A stretch of 64,000 nt of DNA, from assembly GCA_965644265.1 (NCBI GenBank), contig OZ286469.1:70246001-70310000 (forward strand), written 5' to 3'. The position numbers and the translations under genes were made by a program. The DNA is from Glycera tridactyla. Lineage: Eukaryota. The notes under the pieces were generated by a model. It saw nothing but the letters and a program-made list of their open reading frames with translations, was not told the origin of the DNA and searched no databases. Positions 25,301 to 38,300 of the stretch are shown here, one piece after another; positions within the stretch are counted from its first letter, which is position 1, and each line of letters opens with the position of its first letter.

Positions 25301-28300
25301 ATGTCTTAGCAGTGAATTCTACCAGTCAGCCTATGTAATCAATGATTGGTTGATCGTATCCTTTCCTCACAATGATTAGAAAAAGTGTTCTTGATAGTTT
25401 TGCCATTTATGATTTTGTCAGATAAAAGTTGGGGAATATGAGCACCACATCTCTGTGGAGGCCCCTTAGAGAGATTTTATATTGCAAATTATTATTGCAT
25501 CACTGTGAACCCTGTATTAAGCAACAGCTATATCTGCTTACGGCAGGTGGTTGCTTAATACAGGTGCCCTTTATAGCAGGTTCAACTGTACTATAGGGCA
25601 GAAATGCATTTAGATTGAACCTTCATCATAGAATTGATCGAAATCAAATATTGTATGTCTTCAGAGTCCTCAGAGAAGCATCTTAGGATATCAAACTACA
25701 GAGGCAGTGTTTAGATCCAGAATGGCTAAGATTACCTGACTCACTCATCCCTTTATGTCTACCTAATATGTATATACCCGGTCCCATGAAAACGATCAGA
25801 ATTGAACAGGATTGCATTGATAGGGAAGGAAGAGAAAGGTTTGTCAGGTGCAAAAACATCTGTTTATTGTCCAAAATACTGGCAACTCAACATGTGATCA
25901 AGAACAACATTTCTTTGAAAGAGCAGTAATATGATACAGAACTTGATAAACTGTAGATTACACCACATCCATAAGTATGAGTGTGAACACTATTAGAACA
26001 TAATTGTCCTGCTCACATGCATGTCTTATAGAGCTTGACATCAATGTCATAGTGGTGGAGTCCAGCTCAATGATACACCTATTATTGTAGAGTGTTCAGC
26101 AGTAGTTTGAATGTATGATACATGTTCACCTCCCCTTCCTCCTTGAAAATATATGCTCCCTCCTCAATCTTACATGTCAGTCACAAGATGTCATTGTTGA
26201 CAATAGTGTGGAATATCTACTATCGTGTAAGACTCTCCCCATCACCTATGTGAAGATATTTCAAATAGATTCTTCATAAATTAGGGAGTAGTTCCAACCA
26301 CCTTTAACAGCTGATCGTGTTTCAGACATGTGCTTTCCACTCATGCGTACCTCGCAGAATAACAAGAAGAAATTTGAACTCACGTGAATGAATTCCTTGA
26401 TATCCAATTGTATGGTATCCAGGGATGAATCTAAAATAATCCATCGAATATTCACCGAGAACAGTTGAAATATTGAGCAGCATCTCCATCCATGTAAGCC
26501 ACAATATTGGATGTGGCCTCCTCGTGGACACAGGTAAAAGGGAAAATTTGAATATTCGGGGCCGCTAGTTCGATGATGAGGGTAGGGCCCTAATTTTGGA
26601 GAGTATGGTATATCCAATGAAGATTCATCCATTAAATGACAGTTGAAATGTCTAAAAAATTATCTCTAATGGAACCCAATTCCCAAAAATCATTCTACTT
26701 GATTACAGGGAATGGGACTGACTCTCACTGTTATTGTTGGATCACTGCTACTGTATTTGGTCTAGTTGCCTGTGCATTATCAGCCATTACATCAATGATT
26801 TCATGTGTTTTTGTTGTTTTTGTCATCTTTTGTTGTTGTGAATGAAGTGAGGAACATGATGATCCAACAGACAAGTCAGTATTTTTCAAATTTCAGTTAA
26901 GATGAGGGTCTATTTATAGTATTTGGTATTTTGGCAAAAAGCGATCTTTCAAGAGAGCTGATCACTCATGACAGGTTTCACTATATTTCTTATCCATATA
27001 AGACAAACAGTAGTGAAATCCTGTGCTAAGTGAAATCCTGTGTTGACTGAAATTTTTTTTTGGTCCAGTGACTTTTCACTTAAGACAGGTTTTACTGTAG
27101 TTGCTTATCTCAATGTCTTAGCAGTGAATTCTACCAGTCAGCCTATGTAATCAATGATTGGTTGATCGTATCCTTTCCTCACAATGATTAGAAAAAGTGT
27201 TCTTGATAGTTTTGCCATTTATGATTTTGTCAGATAAAAGTTGGGGAATATGAGCACCACATCTCTGTGGAGGCCCCTTAGAGAGATTTTATATTGCAAA
27301 TTATTATTGCATCACTGTGAACCCTGTATTAAGCAACAGCTATATCTGCTTACGGCAGGTGGTTGCTTAATACAGGTGCCCTTTATAGCAGGTTCAACTG
27401 TACTATAGGGCAGAAATGCATTTAGATTGAACCTTCATCATAGAATTGATCGAAATCAAATATTGTATGTCTTCAGAGTCCTCAGAGAAGCATCTTAGGA
27501 TATCAAACTACAGAGGCAGTGTTTAGATCCAGAATGGCTAAGATTACCTGACTCACTCATCCCTTTATGTCTACCTAATATGTATATACCCGGTCCCATG
27601 AAAACGATCAGAATTGAACAGGATTGCATTGATAGGGAAGGAAGAGAAAGGTTTGTCAGGTGCAAAAACATCTGTTTATTGTCCAAAATACTGGCAACTC
27701 AACATGTGATCAAGAACAACATTTCTTTGAAAGAGCAGTAATATGATACAGAACTTGATAAACTGTAGATTACACCACATCCATAAGTATGAGTGTGAAC
27801 ACTATTAGAACATAATTGTCCTGCTCACATGCATGTCTTATAGAGCTTGACATCAATGTCATAGTGGTGGAGTCCAGCTCAATGATACACCTATTATTGT
27901 AGAGTGTTCAGCAGTAGTTTGAATGTATGATACATGTTCACCTCCCCTTCCTCCTTGAAAATATATGCTCCCTCCTCAATCTCACATGTCAGTCACAAGA
28001 TGTCATTGTTGACAATAGTGTGGAATATCTACTATCGTGTAAGACTCTCCCCATCACCTATGTGAAGATATTTCAAATAGATTCTTCATAAATTAGGGAG
28101 TAGTTCCAACCACCTTTAACAGCTGATCGTGTTTCAGACATGTGCTTTCCACTCATGCGTACCTCGCAGAATAACAAGAAGAAATTTGAACTCACGTGAA
28201 TGAATTCCTTGATATCCAATTGTATGGTATCCAGGGATGAATCTAAAATAATCCATCGAATATTCACCGAGAACAGTTGAAATATTGAGCAGCATCTCCA

Positions 28301-31300
28301 TCCATGTAAGCCACAATATTGGATGTGGCCTCCTCGTGGACACAGGTAAAAGGGAAAATTTGAATATTCGGGGCCGCTAGTTCGATGATGAGGGTAGGGC
28401 CCTAATTTTGGAGAGTATGGTATATCCAATGAAGATTCATCCATTAAATGACAGTTGAAATGTCTAAAAAATTATCTCTAATGGAACCCAATTCCCAAAA
28501 ATCATTCTACTTGATTACAGGGAATGGGACTGACTCTCACTGTTATTGTTGGATCACTGCTACTGTATTTGGTCTAGTTGCCTGTGCATTATCAGCCATT
28601 ACATCAATGATTTCATGTGTTTTTGTTGTTTTTGTCATCTTTTGTTGTTGTGAATGAAGTGAGGAACATGATGATCCAACAGACAAGTCAGTATTTTTCA
28701 AATTTCAGTTAAGATGAGGGTCTATTTAAGCTTCTTTGCTTTCTTTATTGGGATCTTTCTTGTTGTTACATAAGTGTAAATCTTACTTATATTTGTACTT
28801 CCTACACTGAATTTTATGTTCAAGCATATAGAAACATATGAGTGCACTGTGCAGTGTCATATCATCGCATGCACAGCCTCATCTTATTCGGGCAAAATAA
28901 TGCTCATAATCTCTGGGTACAGATTGTCCCAAATTATGTGTAAATGTATTTGATGGTAAATATCAGAATATAGGATGGAATCAAGGAGCATGCACTCTCT
29001 GGTCAGTGGAACTTCCAATTTTTTCTCTCATATTTTGCATATTTGGTAACTCAAATGGGTTAGACCCATGGGTTCACCTCAACTGTGGGAAACTCCTTCC
29101 CATTCCTTCTGTGACACATCGACAGACCCGTTTACAATTGAATTACTTATATTTCTTCATTTCACCATTGGTCAATACTGAAATGGGATATTGTCAGGAA
29201 TAGTTATAACATTCAAACTTATCTCTGGTCTACCATGAGGTAGAGGAATGGACATATAGGAAATCATTTCATCAGAATATAGGTGCGCTCAAAATTAATA
29301 TAACTGCAAGTAACCCCTACTTCATTCATGAATACGCCTAGACTTGAACAGAACAGGTCATAGCTCATGAACGGATATTTGAGTGCTATTGGTGTATTTT
29401 CTGCAGTTTTTATTGGTGTTGCTTCATCATGCTGGTCTTCAGCGCACATGGCTTGTGCTGCATTGTTGTTTTTGGTTGAATTTGGGTGTTGGTGGAGGGA
29501 GTAGTTAGTTGCATGTTGTCTTATATTTCACTTATTGTTTGCTTTCACAAGTGAGATATTGTTGTTTCACATTCGAATTCAAACTGAAAACAGGGAAAGG
29601 CTTCTAATATTGAGAAAACAGTGTTCAGTTCCAAAATTGTCCAATGTATTGACACAAGGCACTTTCAGTGAAGTTACATTCACTTCCTGTTCCTATCAAT
29701 ACCACGATAATCTCTCTGAATGTGGGTTATGATTCGGATTGCATCATCATGGCTTATACATTTTCAGCATTATGCTTCAAAATGAAGAAATCCATCTTCA
29801 TGGAAGGCTTTGCCATGGATTGCGATTAAGATTTTGTATCAATCATCCAACAAATGAAGGCAAATTATCATTTCCAGCGGTTGTCACTTGGTGTCACTTT
29901 CACCAATAGACACCTCACTGGATGACTGCTATGTCTATATGACTGAATTCATTGTATGCAACTCTGAAATTGCTTGAACATAATTGCTAGTATTGCATAG
30001 GCTCAACATTTCCATCCTCATTATCTTTTACATGTGGGCCTCCAGCAATTAGCCGGCTACGGGCATGGCGGAACGAGTAGTGGAAAGCATGCAATTATGA
30101 TACGGGTCTGGAGTACAGGATTGTAACATTGAACATGACCTGCTTACAGTCATCTCTGAATCGAGCATCCATTTTCACTACATCACATTTTAGTGTGGTT
30201 TTTCTCATGTCTTCTCTCACTTTTGTATCCCCCCCCCCCCCCCCCCACCACCACTTTTCTTTGTATTCAGTTTTTTCATCGCTCAAAATGTGGATTGAAC
30301 AAATTTGCAATGCATAATTTTTGCGGGATGGCAAGCATGGTTGATATCTTTAAAATTTGTAGTTTGGGATTATGGGAACATATTTGAACCTACATGTCTA
30401 TTTGGATCACTTCACAATTTCTTGCCTTTTTCTCACTGTAATCCACCTGTATTCTGCAGCTACCTGTTTTGAGCAATATTCAGCCAGCATTTCATCACTG
30501 ACTTGGATATAAATCACTTGTTTTCATGGCTTCCCATACACCTCATGTGAACATTTATAGGAAGCAGATTCAAAGGTATGAAGAGTGAGCATTTCACCAG
30601 GCTGCAGAGATGTGAAAATAGCCCAAACACATCAGGAGGAATTCAATCCTCAATTGATTCAACCTATCCTTAGGACTCTCAAGATAGCCATAATAGGAAA
30701 TCCGTGCTAATCTTGTGGTTGCAGATCACATTGGATCAGACAGCCAAAGAGAGGGGGAAATACTGAAAATTGACTGAATAGATGCCAAAGAAAATGCACC
30801 CTATTTCAACGATCATCAGAACAATCATAAATCAGTGACAGGATGGATGGGGTACCATCAAACCTGTCCAAAAGTTACATCTCCATGACTACAAACCCCT
30901 GCCAAATGATGATTGTGACAGTTTTTCATACTATTGATCAACTTTCTACTGGTGCTACAAGGGTGGCTTTTGTGTCAAATTTGTATACAGTCAAACCTGG
31001 CCACACAGACTACTCTTGAACACAATGAGAAAGTGGCCTTCGTAGCCTCGGTAGGGAGGGCGTTTGATGAGTGGAATACTCTTGCAGTCACTGCTTAGGG
31101 CAGTGTATTTTGATGGGTAGCCTTTGTACAGAGGTGGTCTCTAGCAGGTAATAATGCCCTTTCATGGTTGGTTGGATTTGTCAGTATCATATGGAGTGTG
31201 ATAGTGGTCTGCTTATACGTGGATTGTCATGTAGTATCAAGTTCATAACAAATTTGACCCCAATGTCATCAAATCAAGGATAGTGGAATAATATTAAGTC

Positions 31301-34300
31301 GATGTCAAACCTACCTGCAAAGTCCACTTTTGGTTTGTAGTATATGGTGCACTATTTGATGTCTGAGTGAGAAATCAAAGTTTTGGAAGGGAGAGCTCAC
31401 GGTCAAGGTCAGGTCAAAGGTCAACCAAAAGTCATGTGACTAGAAGTAAGTCTTCCAAGATGGTGGCATCTACAGGGAATATTACCATGACTGTGCAGAT
31501 ATTCTCCTTAGCAAAAGGGGTTGTGATTGTGTAAGGGTCAAGGTCATTCAAGATGGCAGCACCCATGTGGTGGCTGCCATATTGGATTCCTCTTAGCATT
31601 GGCATTGTTTACCTTAGCCATGTAGGAGAGAAGCTGAGTGCAAGTATCAAGGACGATGGAGTAGACCCATTATATAAGTTCCCTATTAACTAGTGTTGGG
31701 CCGATGATCGGAAAATAACCGATGATTGATTGGAATCAGTACCAATTCTGATGATTGGTTGGAAAATTTGCAATCGATTACAATCGTTATAGTATATATG
31801 AGATCAATCTTCATGCATGTAAATGCTAGAAAATTGGATATTCTGCTAAATTACAATATGACTGGCTGCATTCAGGCTCATCACTTTGATAATTCCAGTA
31901 TTGGATGCACTAGTATGGGCAAATGTGCAGAAACTAAGTGTTGCATTTTTCTTCCACTCACATAAGGATTACCAGAACCATGTCTCCAATCACCCCAGTG
32001 ACTGATAGAATGCAGGATGGCCGAACCGATTGCAACCAATCATCGGTTGGTTCAGTCCAACCAATCATCGATGGTAAATTTGCAAGCGATTCCCAACACT
32101 ACTATTAACATAAAAAACAAACTGACCCTAACACCGATCAATATTGAATTGGTATTAAGTCTGATAAATAAATTATCGACGACAAAGTCAGGAAGGGATG
32201 ACAGACTGCCTGCCAAAGTTGTGAAACAATGTATATCTAGTCTGGCTCCACTTATAACCCACCTATTCAATGTTAGTATCATGAAGGGAGAATTTCCTAC
32301 AAGTTGGAAAACAGCCACAATTGTACCTTTGTACAAGGAGGGCGCAAGAGACTTAGAGTCCAATTACAGGCCTATTAGTCTCTTAGGTACACTAAGTAAG
32401 GTCCTAGAAAGAGTAATACACTTTCAAGTATCAGAATACTTCGAGTCCCATGGTCTACTGTGTCGTGAGCAGTCTGGGTTCCGGGAGGGCTGCTCCACTG
32501 GTACATGTCTATTAGAATTTCTAGATAAATTGTATTCAAATACTGAAAATGGTCTTGCCAGTGGAGTGGTCTTCCTGGACCTGAAGAAGGCGTTCGACAC
32601 GGTGGACCAAGGGATCTTATTATAGGAAACTAGCTCGATATGGTGCTGACGAGAATTGTCTCTCATGGTTTGCTAGTTATTTGTGTGATAGGAAGTGTAA
32701 TGTTAGAGTGAATGGTGTTGTATCTTCGGAGAACTCAATCAATTGTGGAGTCCCACAGGGATCCATACTGGGCCCCTTACTGTTTACAATATATGTGAAT
32801 GATATTACGGAATTTATGAAGGGGCCCAGTATGAATCTATATGCGGATGACACAGCCATACTTGTTTCCGGCACGGACTCTGATGCTTTGAGTACTAAAG
32901 TTGAAAATGCTATTCATAGTGTGAGCAAATGGCTATCGAGGAATAAACTAAGTTTGAATCTGAAAAAGACGAAGATCATGGTGTTTGGTACTAGACCACA
33001 AGTGAAACGTATGAGTATTGCAGTTTCTTTTGAAAACCATAAATTAGAGACCGTGACGGAATTCAAGTATTTAGGAGTAATACTTGATTGTTCTTTGAAT
33101 TTCACAGCTCATGCGGAATATATGAGGTCAAGGACCATTGGTAGAGTGGGGGTTCTGGGCAGACTTAGGGGTGTGCTAAGTCAAAGCACATCTCTGATGC
33201 TGTACAGATCCCTCATTCTCCCGATTTTTGACTATTGTGATGTTGTCTATGACAATCTAGGGGTGGCAGATGCTTCAAAACTGCAAAAAGTTCAAAACAA
33301 AGCATTTCGTATCATTTCAAGAAGTAATTATTTAACCAGAACAACCGAAATCCATCAAAATTTAGAAATGCCATTCCTGGATTGTCGTAGACAATATCAC
33401 ACACTTATCCATGTTAACAAGATCCTCATGGGTAATATACATCACCAATATGTGCCTCTTTGTAAGTACAAGGAGGTTGAATACACTTACTCTACTAGAT
33501 CCCGTGATCGATTATACCTGGAATACTCTGTTCCCAGGTTGAAACAATGTGAGCGTTCGTTTCGATATAGGGGACCAAAACTTTGGAACAACTGTGTGAA
33601 TAAATATGAGAATTTCGGATCAAGTGAACATGACAGTTTCAAAGAGAGATTGAAATTATTCTTACATATATAGTTGATCATGTGATAATAAGGGCAATTT
33701 TTGTTTTGGCTGATTTGGGGGATGGTAGTGGGCTTACGTTGTATTTTGCTGCAATTAATTTAAAATAAATTTAAATTTAATAAAATATAAGACTGAGGTC
33801 AATTTCATATGTGAAATATCCTGATATAATAGGAAACCATCAATATGAACAAACAACTCATAGAAATAACAGTTTTCTGTACTGTTTATTTGCCACATGA
33901 TAGATGTACAGTATGTACAATAACATGAATGTATTCTATTCGTCACACTGGAGGAGCCCTGCCAGCCAGGGCAACTGTATTTGTACATGACCTGTATTGA
34001 CGAATTGAAATAAAGTATATCTAATCTAATCTAACAGCCATGGAGTAAGGCATGAGAGGGTCATCACAACCTATAACATGTGCATTTTTTTATTGATCTG
34101 TAGATGACTTTGCAGGAATACGGAAGTGGTGTGGTTTCCCTGAATAAATGATCTTTGTAAAAGTTTTCTTTTTTGGGAGGTTCTTTACTGTAGAAAATAC
34201 TATTGCTGTTACAGCCTAGAGTGGCTATTGTATAGAAATTGTCTCAAGCAGGGTTCACCTGTACATGGACATGTTGGAAAGCTGCTTCATAGTAGAGCTA

Positions 34301-35334
34301 TGATACCTTTAGTACAACATATATTTCTCCAAGTATACCACTAGTTATGAATGGATATCCGATTATATGATATGCCATCAGTTGAGTGGGTGCCTTCCAA
34401 TTCTCACAGATCATGATCCATACGACCAGCTTGTGAGTAAGATTCTAGCAGCTGAATCACTAAAGCCTGGGTGTAGATGTGGAATTGGGGGAAGATCCTC
34501 TCAACCGTTACTTTTGACTCATACAACAGTAGCAGCTGAGAGCTCCCAATCTACTTTCAGGGCACCCATGCTTGAATGATTTAGACCATGGACCTCTTAG
34601 TGGTGATTTTTTTTGGTTTTCCAGTTGTTGTTATTGTTATTGTTTCTATGCTGCATCAGACTGCATTCATACCATGGACAGATTGGGTCACGCATGTACG
34701 CATCACATGTCCTTGTGACCTATTGAGTGTACCCATGCTTGAATGATTCAGACCCTGGACCTCTTGTTGGTGTTTCTATTTGGTTTCTATTGCTGATTGT
34801 TGATTCACATACCACCAAAGTATAGCAGAGAGAGGGGTCAGAATAGGCTATATGATTCCTTGCCATGTAAGTCTACTCCATGGCTGATATCTTCCTTGTT
34901 TTCATCATTATACCCCCGCGCAAACGAAGTTTGGAAGGGGGTATACTGGAGTCACTCTGTTGGTCGGTTGGTCGGTCGGTCAGTTGGTCTGTCCGCAAAA
35001 GTTTGTCCCGTGAACTACTCCCACATTTCTCAAGCAATTGGATTGATAATTGGCATATGTCTTCACCATGAAATGTAGATGTGCAAGACACAATTTTCGT
35101 GCAGATTGATCCAGTAATTCCAGAGTTATTTGAGAAAATAGAAGATTTTTTGTATTTGTGTGTTCAGTTGTATCTGTAAGTTTGGAATTCGAGGCAGCCG
35201 GAAATCAACAAGGCTCATTAAGGCCTCTCACACGGCCCTTGGCTTTCCTTTCATGGTTATGTAACATTCTCCGTAATAGACATGGTTTTGTTGCTCTTCT
35301 ATATATGACCCCATTTATTCCTTTGCTCCCTTAA

Positions 35335-35365
<31 letters not shown>

Positions 35366-38300
35366 ACACAGAGTCAAACCTACTCAAGAAACCACCTCTC
35401 TATAAAGACCACCAGACTATAAAGGCCACCTGAGCTACCACAGCTGCGACTGTAATAATAATCTCAACAGTAAATGACCTCTATGAAATCCACCTGTCTG
35501 AAAAGGCCACTTTTTTGGTTTGACAGGTTTGCTGTCCCTTGGCCATATTGTGTACAGTCTGTGTCAAAGTGGCGGCGGGGTATTTTTAGTCACCTCTGTG
35601 ACAAAGCTCTAGTTCTCTCATAATCCATTGCAATATTTAGTATAGATTACTGGTGAATCAAGAACATGACAGATTTCTTGAAAATAATTTTTGCTTCAGT
35701 GTTGGGTATCTAGCTCTATTTTATCAAATATTGATTTATCTTCTGTGTGTCCCATAGAAACCTGCGGGTAAGTTCATTGGTTGAGAGAGTGAAGTGGACG
35801 AGGTTGGCCTTTCCGTCGATGAATCAGGGGTCGTCTGTGGCCGGAGGGCGGAGAGGGTGAGTTCAATTTACTCTTCCTGCTTCTTGCTGCGGCACTCTGC
35901 CATCAGAATTTGCTTGCATATCTTTTGATTCGTGCATGCAACATTCAATTCTTTTTTTGCTTATCACCTAGCCTATACTCCAGTTCATTGCTTATCATGT
36001 TCATCACAATTTTTGAACTCTTAATCAGAGATAATATCGCCTGAGCATGAACATGTGTGAATTTCAATTAGAATCCTCATGAAATTATGTTGGTCATTAA
36101 TTCCAATCTTACTCTTAATTTTGTAATCTTAGGTTTGTCCCTAGTGACTCATAATGAAATAATGAGACAACTTCATGTCTTTCCATGCTTTTTTTCTAAA
36201 TATACAATGTATTAGGTGCTGCAACATGATTTGTTTCAAATTCTGCTCTATGTTATCTGTCACCTGTAACCTCACCAATATGATAACCACATCATCTACA
36301 GCCCTGTTGACAATGATGTAAAATTTCAATGGTACACACAGTAATTTTGAAATTTGATCAGAAGCTTTTAGTGTTGCCATCCGAGCACTTTCATCAGCTG
36401 GTGACAAATGTATAATTCATGTAGTACATCATCGCATGACCCAATTGCTTGGATCAGATCACACGATTGGTGTAGATTATCCTGGTAATATAGTAGAGGA
36501 ATGTGCTGGCCTTTATTCCGGTCGGGGTTCGTTGAGTTTCAGTAGAAACAGTCACATCTAGCATACTACACTGGCATGCTTGACACCATCCACGTAGCAG
36601 CATCCACTTGGAAATACTGTACACACCCTTCTCTTTCCACAGTGAAAATCTGTATTTGTTAGTTTTCAAGAATTATAATCTTGAATTCATACATTCAGAG
36701 CCTATTGATATTTGGTGGACCCTTACCCTTGGTCTTCATTTTTGCGTTTCCAGTCCATCAACATCATGGGTCAACAGGCCCATATTTTCGCCCTATTGAC
36801 CATTGATGAATATGAGAGGACACATCATTCTATGATATGGTACATGATATTTCATGTTCATGGGCCACAGGGGCCTATTAGAAAATTCAAAGGTCTGCAC
36901 ATGTATCAAATTTGTCATAAGTATTGCCATCTTTATCACATCAAGTCGGTTCCTTAGCCTTCCTGTAAAACCCTAGACTATTTCATGTAGCAAGGGTGTC
37001 TGTGTCTAGACCATGGTATTACATATTCTGTCTAGAAATTAGTCTATTACATTTGCCATATCTATCGATTTTGTGCCTATATCTAGCTATGATATAACAT
37101 GAGCAAGTTCAAGCAGTATCCCCAACTCAGTCACCCAGGCAGCCACAACCTTGCAGATGACAAGATGGCATCCAAAACGTTGCTGCACCTATTCAAACAC
37201 TCTACTGACTACATGTAATTGGTTTTTGGGTGCCTGGGATTCTGGGATGGGCCCTGACTTTTTGGATTAGTTGCTCTAACTAGCTATTAACCATGTTCAA
37301 GTGATCTGGAAGCCTCTTAAGTGCATGAATACTGCATGAACTCCTTATAGAATATAGGAAGAATTGAGTCATATTGGAATCTGACTAGACGCTTGTTTGT
37401 AACAGTTTTATTTATGAATTATAGATCAATGGTCAAATTACATGTTCATAAAAGACAGGAACGAAACATTACTCAACCATGAATAACACAGATGATGGGC
37501 ACGAGGTGACTGAGAGTATTCATCACTTGATGTGAAATAGACCAAATGTTGTGGTCGTGCAGATATGTTCAACATACTCTTTCTGATAAATGCACCATCA
37601 TCATCCTTGCTAAGTGTTGTCATGACCGAGAGATGGGCATGACTGCATACAAGATGCTTTCGCCATATTTCTACTGGCTCACTCAGACTTTGTCATTCCT
37701 GGTGACATATTAATCATCCCAAAATTTTCTAGGTACAATATACAAGTGTTAACTGTCAGATATATGATGGAGAGAGAAACATACAGCCTTTATCACAACA
37801 GGCTATTGTGTGTTACTGTATTTTATTACCGGAGTTTCAGGCAGCCTTGTTCGAGAATCATGAATATCAACATGGCCTTCTTGGAGTCTGTGCTTGATTT
37901 TATCTCCAGCTGCCCCAGTGGGTTCTGACTGCAGAAATAAAAAGAATTCTCATTTCGGAAGGCTTCCATGTATTCAAATTCTAATTTGAAATTGACTTGA
38001 GATCATCAATACATTGATACTGAAAATTCACTCCCTCAGTGTTAGAATCGCCACAGGAGTTTTGTGGAAGGCTGAGTGAAATAGGAATGAAAATTCCTCT
38101 GTTGCATTTGCAACTGTGCATTATTGCATATATCTCATGGTTCTGAAACATCTTAAAGGGCATAGAACTCAACTTCAAGCAGAATATAAAAGTGCACCGA
38201 TAGGATTTCATTGTCATAGAATGTAGGCAGAGGTGTGTACTTATGGACAGCTACATCCAGTTGCCAATCTTTCTGGCTTCCCAATATTAGTGTTATGAGT

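Larger units (their letters stand above)
31623..34035 (+). mobile_element. 5'-truncated non-LTR retrotransposon (CR1/L2-type LINE)
   Basis: RT ORF to 33673, 3' UTR, AATAAA and (ATCTA)n tail at about 34019-34034; candidate 7-bp TSD AGCCATG (31616-31622 / 34036-34042). Coding phase VGEKLSASIKDDGVDPLYKFPINIKNK is restored when the MITE is removed. Confidence 0.9.

Noticed and set aside
32017-32101. Predicted N-terminus MAEPIATNHRLVQ... of the 202-aa ORF
   Set aside because: It lies inside the hAT MITE; only the part after 32101 is LINE coding.
36700-36850. Minus-strand peptide YHVPYHRMMCPLIFINGQ*GENMGLL, faintly like the RNA polymerase beta CPxETPEGxNxGL motif
   Set aside because: It contains a stop and extra residues, no GxKxxxxHGQKG or other polymerase motif follows, and another frame is equally plausible.
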